Shown here in pieces: positions 13,127 through 23,748 of a stretch of 64,000 nt of DNA; position 1 is the first letter of the stretch, and every line of letters starts with the position of its first letter. A model generated the notes under the pieces. That model had not been told where the DNA came from. It did no database searches and saw nothing but the letters and a program-made list of their open reading frames with translations. Both the position numbers and the translations under genes were made by a program. Location: positions 2,170,001 through 2,234,000 of the forward strand of contig NW_026781982.1 of the NCBI RefSeq assembly GCF_031769215.1, read 5' to 3'. Origin of the DNA: Ylistrum balloti. Its lineage: Eukaryota.

Positions 13127-14710
13127 ATGTATGTTAGAATTCCGCAGGCGCTTCTATATCTAACAATCTGCCTCATATTGGTGGGTAATTTCTCTACATC
13201 CGGGGCCTTTGTGTGTCCGAGCGTGTGCCGATGTCATTACAACGTCACTGTATCATGCGATGTAGGTCTACAAACGATTCCGAGAGATATTTCGGAACTC
13301 ACCAAATCACTGCATCTGGCTGGGAATGTTACGTTACACAACAGTTTCCATCGCGTCCGTCACACTGATTTACCTAACTTGTCCGATCTCCGTCACTTTA
13401 CGTTCAGTTTTAATGACATAGAGTCTATCGAAGACTACACATTTAGCCAATTTAAAGAACTCCGGCAACTGAAATTGAACAACAACAACATCAAAAAGGT
13501 TGGACCAGAAACATTCAGCGGGCTTTCAAAACTGGAAGTTCTAGATCTGTCTGGAAATTTGGGTATAAAAATCCAAGACGGAACATTCCGTGTGCTTCCT
13601 TCGCTCAAAGAATTGTATATGGGAGAGATAAACCTACAGGAATTAGATGTTGCTGTTTTTGACGGTTTAAATGATTTGGAAGTTTTGGACATACATGGTA
13701 ATTTGATAAAAAAATTTGATATACACCGTATGAATTTATTTCCTACGTTGAATGTATTGGACATTTCCTCAAACTCATTGATGATGGTTGATGACAGTGT
13801 ATGGGATACCATGTCTAAACTACAAACAATATATATTGGTGGGAACCCATGGCAATGCAATTGTCTGATGAAAAGAATAAAGCGTTCTCCAAGGCTCAGA
13901 AATATCACAGAGGCCGTGATTTGTGCTGGACCAAGTCAACTTCAATACTTGCCACTTTCGCGTGTCTCTGAATCCGATTTACAATGTCAACCCCCGAAGA
14001 TTTTAACGTGTGCCACGATTCCGACACGTATAACGACGGGGGACGTCTTACAAATTTCCTGCAATCTATCTGGAGATCCATTCCCGTCCATAGAATGGAC
14101 AACACCAAGTGGTGACCGGCTGTATCCGTACAATTCTACCCTAGGATCGTTTTCTGTGAGTGACAATGGATCCTTAACTGTATTTTCTAGCTCGATGATA
14201 GACAGTGGGAAATGGACAATGAAATTATCGAACCATGCAGGGATGGTTGAGAGAGAATTCACAGTTGATATTCAAGCCATAACACCAACTACGAGCCCGC
14301 GAGTTATAATTACACCATTTCCAACCAAACACACCATAACGGCGCAAACAACCAAGATGCAACGACCACCTGAAAACCATACGCCAAGTAAAAATATATA
14401 TGGTGTAGCTTCATCAACACCCAAATCGTCTTCTTTGATCACAACGCCATTACAGATTCCTCTAATAACACAGATGAACGCCAAGTTATCACAGCAAACA
14501 ATGGCCGACTTCAATCGCCAAGGTAACGAAGAGTCGACAAGCATGGGTTATGTAGGTATTATAGTGGCCTCTGTAGTGGGCGGCTGTAGTTTAATCATCA
14601 TCACGACATTGCTTATACTTCTGTATAAGTGTATCTCGGCCAAGAACAGAGTCGGAACTTCCTTTCCGGAAAATACAAGGCCTACCAATACTACCAATGA
14701 GTTAGTTTGA
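13127..14710 (+). CDS. Intronless LRR-Ig type I membrane protein (AMIGO/LRIT/ISLR/Kekkon-like architecture), 527 aa
   Basis: Signal peptide, LRR-NT (CPSVCRC...VSC), about 8 LRRs (e.g. LKLNNNNI, LDLSGN, LDIHGNLI) and LRR-CT (GGNPWQCNC...C...C). These are followed by an I-set-like Ig (ISCNLSGDPFPSIEW...GSL...DSGKW), a Thr/Pro/Ser stalk, a TM (VGIIVASVVGGCSLIIITTLLILLY) and a short tail. Confidence 0.93.
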   Translation: MYVRIPQALLYLTICLILVGNFSTSGAFVCPSVCRCHYNVTVSCDVGLQTIPRDISELTKSLHLAGNVTLHNSFHRVRHTDLPNLSDLRHFTFSFNDIESIEDYTFSQFKELRQLKLNNNNIKKVGPETFSGLSKLEVLDLSGNLGIKIQDGTFRVLPSLKELYMGEINLQELDVAVFDGLNDLEVLDIHGNLIKKFDIHRMNLFPTLNVLDISSNSLMMVDDSVWDTMSKLQTIYIGGNPWQCNCLMKRIKRSPRLRNITEAVICAGPSQLQYLPLSRVSESDLQCQPPKILTCATIPTRITTGDVLQISCNLSGDPFPSIEWTTPSGDRLYPYNSTLGSFSVSDNGSLTVFSSSMIDSGKWTMKLSNHAGMVEREFTVDIQAITPTTSPRVIITPFPTKHTITAQTTKMQRPPENHTPSKNIYGVASSTPKSSSLITTPLQIPLITQMNAKLSQQTMADFNRQGNEESTSMGYVGIIVASVVGGCSLIIITTLLILLYKCISAKNRVGTSFPENTRPTNTTNELV

Positions 14711-15072
14711 TTTTCTTCTCTTTCCTGTTCTCTCCCGATGCCATATCTTAATTCGGGTCACGGCACAACAATTACACGCGCAGCGCTATACACCTCGTTA
14801 CTACTTATTGTTCCTGTTTCCCCCCAGTGTACTTTTAGATGTTACCGTTAGTATTCTGACCACGCAGTACTTGGATAAGATGTAGACGGAATGTTGATAT
14901 ACTGAACATATCGTATGGTAAATATACTGCATATATCTACACCATTGAATTTGAATCTTTCCTTCCTTATATTTGAGATTTTCAATAATTTATTCATAAT
15001 AGTAATTTTCATCTAAGCATTGTTATTCTTGACTGTATCAAAATATTAAACCCATAAAACTGCTGCTAAATA

Positions 15073-15515
15073 GTTCCCGTTACCATGACAACGATCGAGT
15101 GAATATGTGTGATATCGTAAGGTCCCGTTACCATGACAACGATCGAGTGAATATGTGTGATATCATAAGGTCCCGTTACCATGACAACGATCGAGTGAAT
15201 ATGTGTGATATCGTAAGGTCCTATTACCATGACAATGATCGAGTGAATATATGTGATATCGTAAGGTCACGTTACCATGGCAATGATCGAGTGAATATGT
15301 GTGATATCGTAATGTCCCGTTACCATGACAATGGTCGAGTGAATATGTGTGATATCGTAAGGTCCCGTTACCATGACAACGATCGAAGGAATATGTGTGA
15401 TATCGTAAGGTCGTGTTACCATGACAATGATCTAGTGAATATACAAGGTCCCGTTACAATGACAATGATCTAGTGAATATTTAAGGTTCTGTTACCATGA
15501 CAAAGATCTAGTAAA
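15073..15515. repeat. 48-bp minisatellite, about 9 copies, in the presumptive 3' UTR of LRR-Ig gene 1
   Basis: Unit GTTACCATGACAACGATCGAGTGAATATGTGTGATATCGTAAGGTCCC; corresponds to the 16-aa-repeat ORF artefact. Confidence 0.93.
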
Positions 15516-15792
15516 TACGAATGTCATGGTTTATATGATGAAATTGACATGTGTATGTCTGATGGACACATTGTGACATCAGTCCATCACAAACATGGGC
15601 AGTGTGTTATATATATATCATTACGTATTGTTTTTAATCTATTCACCACTTATCTTTTGTATTCTGTAATAATTACATCAACAAATTCTGCATAATATGT
15701 TTTATACAGTTTAGTGTACATTGTTTTTGTTAATTTTTATCGTTTATGTAATTCACTTAATTAACTTTTGTTTATGTTTACTTTATATTAAA

Positions 15793-15798
15793 AATAAA
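15793..15798 (+). terminator. Candidate polyadenylation signal of LRR-Ig gene 1
   Basis: AATAAA followed by a G/T-rich tract (TTGTTGTTTTCATG). Not verifiable without transcripts. Confidence 0.4.
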
Positions 15799-15999
15799 CA
15801 TTGTTGTTTTCATGATTTTGAATTGATTATTATTTTTATGTAATAGTGATCTTCTATATAGTGACGATCTATCTTAACCTGTGGAAAGTTGATTTAGAAT
15901 TTATTGAATGATTTGCCAGTTCACACCTCCATCTTATTTGGACGATTATTTTGACTATTCTGGATTTTTTTTGGAAGTTTCTTCAACGACTTGTAGAAA

Positions 16000-16648
16000 A
16001 AGGACGAAATAGTTGTATGATGTAGCATCACTGACGAGTCCTAGAAGGACGAAACAGTTGTATGATGTAGCATCACTGACGAGACCTAGAAGAACGAAAC
16101 AGCTGTATGATGTAGCATCACTGACGAGTCCTAGGACGAAACAGTTGTATGATGTAGCATCACTGACGAGACCTAGAAGGACGAAACAGCTGTATGATGT
16201 AGCATCACTGACGAGTCCTAGAAGGACGAAACAGTTGTATGATGTAGCATCACTGACGAGACCTAGAAGGACGAAACAGCTGTATGATGTAGCATCACTG
16301 ACGAGTCCTAGAAGGACGAAACAGCTGTATGATGTAGCATCACTGACGAGTCCTAGAAGGACGAAACAGCTGTATGATGTAGCATCACTGACGAATCCTA
16401 GAAGGACGAAACAGTTGTATGATGTAGCATCACTGACGAGACCTAGAAGGACGAAACAGCTGTATGATGTAGCATCACTGACGAGTCCTAGAAGGACGGA
16501 ACAGTTGTATGATGTAGCATCACTGACGAGACCTAGAAGGACGAAACAGCTGTATGATGTAGCATCACTGACGAGTCCTAGAAGGACGAAACAGCTGTAT
16601 GATGTAGCATCACTGACGAGACCTAGAAGGACGAAACAGCTGTATGAT
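16000..16648 (+). ncRNA. Tandem array of 14 hammerhead-ribozyme units (45 nt: TGATG-TAG-CATCA-CTGACGA-GTCC-TAGAA-GGAC-GAA-ACAGCTGT-A)
   Basis: All conserved hammerhead core nucleotides are present (CUGANGA, GAAA, NUH = GUA). Stem I is 5 bp, stem II is 4 bp, and palindromic ACAGCTGT can form an 8-bp stem III between neighbouring units. Units at 16285, 16330 and 16555 are consensus-perfect. Confidence 0.92.
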
Positions 16649-17074
16649 ACAGTTTAATTCATAATTTGGCTTTACCGTTTCAAACTCTGCATTGAAGCAT
16701 ATTTCACATTTAGTGACGTAACAAATGCCTTTGACCTTTTGACCTTGATTGGAACTAGTCCACCATTCCCTGTAGATTTTTTACATTTCATTCGATTATT
16801 TCGGATTTTACTCTGTCTCCTCCTTGGTTTCAGGACTATATGCCCTTAACGTTACCGACGAAACAATTGTATGATCCAGTTGGCTTTTCTTACTTTACTT
16901 GTTTTAAACGTGCTATTCAATAAACTATCAACGCATTAATTTTAGTATCTCTTTTAGCCATTCTTAAATACACCTGAATATACGGTTTAATCTGGCACGG
17001 AAGAACGACGAGACGAATCCGGGAGTTTATAGACATTTCAGTTGAAGTGTTGAAGTCAATGCAAATGAAATCTT

Positions 17075-19498
17075 AACACCGCATTCCCCACCACACCAAG
17101 AAAAAAACAAAGCCCAACCAAACCAAGAAAACAACCAAACCTAGAAACATCACAATCCCCCACCATACCTGAAGCAGCATAATCCCCACCACACCAAGAA
17201 AACAACCTAACCTAGAAACATCACAATCCCCCACCACACCAAGAAAACAACCTAACCTAGAAACATTACAATCCCCACCATACCTGAAGCAGCATAATCG
17301 CCTACCACACCAAGAAAACAACCTAACCTAGAAACATCACAATCCCCCACCACACCAAGAAAACAACCTAACCTAGAAACATCACAATCCCCACCATACC
17401 TGAAAACAACCTAAGCATAATCCCCACCACACCAAGAAAACAACCTAACCTAGAAACATCACAATGAAGCAGCATAATCCCCACCACACCAAGAAAACAA
17501 CCTAACCTAGAAACATCACAATCCCCCACCACACCAAGAAAACAACCTAACCTAGAAACATCACAATCCCTCACCATACCTGAAGCAGCATAATAATCCC
17601 CACCACACCAAGAAAACAACCTAACCTAGAAACATCACAATCCCCACCATACCTGAAGCAGCATAATCCACACCACACCAAGAAAACAACCTAACCTAGA
17701 AACATCACAATCCCACACCACACCAAGAAAACAACCTAACCTAGAAACATCACAATAGTTAATCCGCGTGCTTTTCTGAAGTAGCATAATCCACACCACA
17801 CCAAGAAAACAACCTAACCTAGAAACCCCACCACACCAAGAAAACAACCTAACCTAGAAACATTACAATAAACAACCTAACCTAGAAACATCACAATCCC
17901 CCACCACACCAAGAAAACAACCTAACCTAGAAACATCACAATCCCCCACCACACCAAGAAAACAACCTAACCTAGAAACATCACAAACCCCCACCACCAC
18001 CAAGAAAACAACCTAACCTAGAAACATCCATCCCCCACCACACCAAGAAAACAACCTAACCTAGAAACATCACAATCCCCCACCACACCAAGAAAACAAC
18101 CTAACCTAGAAACATCACAATCCCCCACCATACCTGAAGCAGCATAATCCACACCACACCAAGAAAACAACCTAACCTAGAAACATCACAATCCCCCACC
18201 ATACCTGAAGCAGCATAATCCACACCACACCAAGAAAACAACCTAACCTAGAAACATCACAATCCCCCACCATACCTGAAGCAGCATAATCCACACCACA
18301 CCAAGAAAACAACCTAACCTAGAAACATCACAATCCCCCACCACACCAAGAAAACAACCTAACCTAGAAACATCACAATCCCCCACCACACCAAGAAAAC
18401 AACCTAACCTAGAAACATCACAATCCCCCACCACACCAAGAAAACAACCTAACCTAGAAACATCACAATCCCCCACCACACCAAGAAAACAACCTAACCT
18501 AGAAACATCACAATCCCCCACCACACCAAGAAAACAACCTAACCTAGAAACATCACAATCCCCCACCATACCTGAAGCAGCATAATCCACACCACACCAA
18601 GAAAACAACCTAACCTAGAAACATCACAATCCCCCACCACACCAAGAAAACAACCTAACCTAGAAACATCACAATCCCTCACCATACCTGAAGCAGCATA
18701 ATCCCCACCACACCAAGAAAACAACCTAACCTAGAAACATTACAATCCCCACCATACCTGAAGCAGCATAATCCCCACCACACCAAGAAAACAACCTAAC
18801 CTAGAAACATCACAATCCCCCACCACACCAAGAAAACAACCTAACCTAGAAACATCACAATCCCCCACCAATGAAGCCCCCACCACACCAAGAAAACAAC
18901 TAAATCCCCCACCACACCTGAAGCAGCATAATCCCACCACACCAAGAAAACAACCTAACCTAGAAACATCACAATCCCCCACCACACCCACACCAAGAAA
19001 CACCACACCAAGAAAACAACCTAACCTAGAAACATCACAATCCCCCACCACACCAAGAAAACAACCTAACCTAGAAACATTACAATCCCCACCATACCTG
19101 AAGCAGCATAATCCCCACCACACCAAGAAAACAACCTAACCTAGAAACATCACAATCCCCACCATACCTGAAGCAGCATAATCGCCTACCACACCAAGAA
19201 AACAACCTAACCTAGAAACATCACAATCCCCCACCACACCAAGAAAACAACCTAACCTAGAAACTCCCCCACCACACCAAGAAAACAACTAAACTTAGAA
19301 CATCACAATCCCCACCATACCTGAAGCAGCATAATCGCCTACCACACCAAGAAAACAACCTAACCTAGAAACATCACAATCCCCACCATACCTGAAGCAG
19401 CATAATCCCCACCACACCAAGAAAACAACCTAACCTAGAAACATCACAATCCCCACCATACCTGAAGCAGCATAATCCCCACCACACCAAGAAAACAT
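17075..19498. repeat. C/A-rich compound minisatellite: 45-bp unit (CCCCACCACACCAAGAAAACAACCTAACCTAGAAACATCACAATC) interspersed with a ~27-bp unit (CCCCACCATACCTGAAGCAGCATAATC)
   Basis: CCAAG recurs at 18301 and 18346. The sequence is unrelated to the 45-bp ribozyme unit. Confidence 0.96.
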
Positions 19499-22400
19499 AA
19501 CGCTATCGTATTCAAATGTCTAATCTTCATGTTATACGTAATTTGTAAATGATATTGTTACAGTAGAAAGTAGCCAGCACATTTAGGATTGGACCTTTAT
19601 CACCGGAAAGACTTATTACATATTACATCAACATATAAATAATATGAAGAAAATAGAATATACCTTTTAAAAGTAAACTATAATTAAGGAAAGTAGGTAT
19701 ATCCACGGCTGTACAGGTAAGAATAAATAAAAATATGCCAAATGATCGACTATTATTATCACACCTCAGAGAATACCACACCAGCATTCTCAGTCTAGCA
19801 TAACCATACCGAAACAGATAACGTTCTTCAATAAGTGTTTATTACGTAAGCAACCCACCTGTATCATATAGTGGACAGATTTAAGGTTTTAAGAATGACA
19901 CTGGATACGTTAATCTATATATACACAAACCCCAAAGTAATGACGTTTGTAGGGGTGGGTCTGTGGTGATGCCGGTATTTAATACAAATATTTGTAATTT
20001 TTAACTGAGTGAGTGGGCGTGTTGAGTATTATCTCACTACATGATTTAGAGAATCGGAAGTGACTTTTTTCAGTTTTTAACGGTAGTTTCTCCTCCTCAT
20101 TGGACAATTTATTAGCCAATCTCCTAAATTTACATTCGATGTCAGATCTACTATACATTGTACTATACATAGCGATATTCCATAGACAACTCTAACTTCA
20201 TCAAATTTTCACTTCTTTCTCTATTTGTTTTTCCTGTAAATATTTATCTTATTCTTGGTTTTACCCTAAGGTTCACTAAGAGAAATATCCTCTAATTAGG
20301 AACTACAGTGTACTATAGCTCTGGTGTGTATTTGACAGTGGTGGTATGTGATTTAATGAAAAGGGATACCACTTTTTGTTTAATGTTTAAGACACAATTT
20401 CTGTCAATGAGGACCTCAATATCACGTCGCTTTGACACATGTTTTGTATCTAACAGAACATGACAGAAAATTTCCCGTTTTCGAGTCGTTATTCTTATTC
20501 TCGATATATTTCGTTCTTTTTGGACAAGTTCGTGCAGGTTTTTGTTATACAAGATACCTGATCCACTCAATAAATCACGTTAAATTTCTGATTTTGTTTA
20601 CCACCATCGGAGCCCTTCAATTCTACATCAGAATTTAACTGTGGAATTAAGAGGACGATTATACACATGAAATTAATGTTATTTCATAACTATCCTTTAA
20701 TAAGAACTAAATGAATGTCATTATTCAAACTTTCAAATATATGTTAAGTTCCATGTGGTAATTCCTGGAGCATCAAACGCAGTAGTTTATTGATCTGTTT
20801 CTTCTCTTATCTATTCATCTGTTTATTGTTATTGTATCTGAAGAGGAAAATGAAAAGACAATTTAAACTGCGAAACGTTTTGAAACCTACACACCCTCTA
20901 TACTCCAATGGTTACTATCATTTTCGCTACATGCATTCCTGGAACATGTCATGGCAGAATTACAGGTTCTGTGTGCGACACCTTGTGGACAAGAAGAAAA
21001 GTCTAGTTTGATTCTTTGATGTACATCAAACGAATCTCGAGGTCGCATAGCTATATATTGTTATTGCTTTGGAGTTTGGTGTCGCTCCTTTGTAATCTTC
21101 AAAAAAGCGGATCGGCCTATGATCGGTTGGTTTTTTCTCCTGAAACCAATCAAATTACTTCGTTTTTTAATTCAACTTTGTCGTGACATGTTCCAAAAAT
21201 AAAGAGAGCAAAAGTGATTGTAACCCCTGGAGTATCGAGAATGAAACCCATATTGCACGTGTGCTTAATCATGCATGTTAAGTTTGTGGATTTAGTCCTG
21301 CACCTCAGACAGAGAGGGTGCATGTATTGTTTTTAAAACTGTACACGGAGCTAACAGACAGCGAATACTTCTATGGTATTCTCTGAGCAGGGTATCTATC
21401 CTCTACTAATTAGTTGTAAAGATTGCGGTTATAAAATATTGGCTTAAATTGTTGGGCAAAATATAAACTAGAGCAAAAATTACGCAAAGGCTCCTGAAAA
21501 AGTACGAGGAGAATAAGACCAGCTGTTCCAGAAGAGTAAGCGTTTTCTGTTTCATGGTCAATCCAGATAAGTGCCATGCTCAAATGAGAACTAGGCATAC
21601 AATAACGGAACCAACAGGCAAACTAACTAATTTTGAGAAGCTTTGGTACATACTTAATCCATGCTTAATCAAAGAGAATGTCGCTTAAATTACTTTTAAT
21701 TATTAGTAAACTGTTAGGGTACCTGTGTAAACAATTAGGTTAATCGGTGCCTTGTTCATAAAGCATGCTGTATATGTATCAGTATGCGTCATGGTAACTT
21801 CAGTTCTCCACTATCTTACAAACATGTATATTATTATGTATCTATGTATCTTGTATATCCCATGCTGCATTTGGGCATAAATTGAGACTAAAATTGATTC
21901 AATGAGGTTTGACCACTCCATTCATTTTGTAAAGTTTTGTTTCAGATTCATTAACACAAATATGTACCGAGGCTAGAAGGTGACCACCGACGTTTTCATA
22001 GGGTTTAAACGTTATGTTTTTATCACGGATTTTATCTATAAGGTTAAGTAGTATTTTAAAATTATAAAAATGAAAATTACCTGTAAGTTAAGAACAATAT
22101 TGTTTAGAGAGGAAATGAAATAAAAACAGCCACAACAACTGAAACCAGAATTAATTCATATTTATTTTGGAACATAACGAAAAAAGTTTAGGAATAAATA
22201 ACCCCTTTTTCGGTAAAAACACCAACTAAGTATTAACAACAACGAAATATACTTTTATTTGGATTTCAAAATGTTTCATTTTCAAAGACACATTTTCTTC
22301 ACTACAAGAAATTTTCCTATTTGCGATTATTCATATAACGGCACGAGCTATATAACTAGCAAACTGTAACATCTTGAATGTCGCTGTAGTTTGTCTTAAA

Positions 22401-23748
22401 CACTGCAAGTAAACAGACGAAAGATAGTTCAATTTAGGATACTGTGAAAGACGATAAATAAATAAATAAAGAAAACAATAAATAAATAACAACATTATGT
22501 ACAGGAAAGTATAGCACGATATGAATAACTCAATCTAAGCTCAATAAAGCTGTCTTTAATTAATTTGAAAATGAATTATAACTTACTGTTAATTACATTG
22601 CTAAATTGGTACTACACGAATATCTTACACACTAGAATAATACATGCAATGAAATTAAGATGGACTTAAAAACAAGCACCGAGATTCATTAAATTGAACA
22701 GAAGATGGTAACTGCAAATAAGACATTTAAAGATTTCCCTTATAGGACCAAATTCACTAGAATAAAGAATGTTTGTTCATTCGATAGTTCAAACTTACTA
22801 TTTTATTTAATTGCCGGAATATTTCACAAATTACAGACTATACTATTGACGATACATTTAACTCTCCTACAGAATAAAACTAAAACATTCCTTTTTTTTA
22901 GTTTGAATTGGTGAGGGCGTATTCTGCTTATTCTCACGATTTGACGAACTCCACAGAAAGCAACTTTCCTTTGAGCTCACAACATGAAAATAAATACTGA
23001 ATTCATATCCTCAAAATATTAATATTGAAGATGAAAATGAATTAACAATATTATAGTAACCATAACAAGGAAAAATCAAACAAATAGTCCAACACAAAAA
23101 GAAAACATTGATCACTGTTATTGATGACATTGTATTTTTTCGTCGGGATCATAAAATCACATCGACATGTTATCGGCAACATTTCAACACCATCACTTAC
23201 AAATCCAGTATGTATCAATCAGTTCTAGGTATATGGAAATAGCCAACCAATGTCTTAAAGGGGAATGCGATGCCAATTTAATTGAAGACACTAATCATGT
23301 ATTATAATTAGAGTTTCTTGATATTTGATGTGTTACAATAAATCCGAACAAAATGATATAGAATGATAAACCTGTCGAATTTAATGCTCAAGATTAAACA
23401 CCACTTTTTTAATCAGCGCCGGATGGAAAGGGAACTATTTGGTAGGTGTATTCCGACAGCAGTGATTCCTGTTACAGAATACAGCCTTAATCATCCGTAT
23501 ATTACATATCACAGTCAAACTTGTAAAAGTTCTTCCGTAGAAACGTTATCACAGTAAGACACAGAAATGTAAACAAAAATAACAGTAAACAAAAGTTTCA
23601 GAAAGTAAAAACCTCCATCAATATTACACGTGTCTTCTGTTATTAATCACGATTAAATTAGTTTTGAATAAAATCGATGTTTACGTCCACGAAATATCTT
23701 TTGACAGTGCGACATATAACCGCTTGTTCTTCACACTTGATGTTTTCT

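Noticed and set aside
16013-16657. 214-aa ORF of YDVASLTSPRRTKQL repeats
   Set aside because: By-product of the 45-nt unit; it starts at a TTG and the sequence is fully explained by hammerhead structure.
9275-19498. CRISPR-like appearance of regular repeats
   Set aside because: No unique spacers, no cas genes, and the DNA is eukaryotic with spliceosomal introns.
19979-21598. Short ORFs between the two receptor genes
   Set aside because: No recognisable domains or consistent splice pattern.
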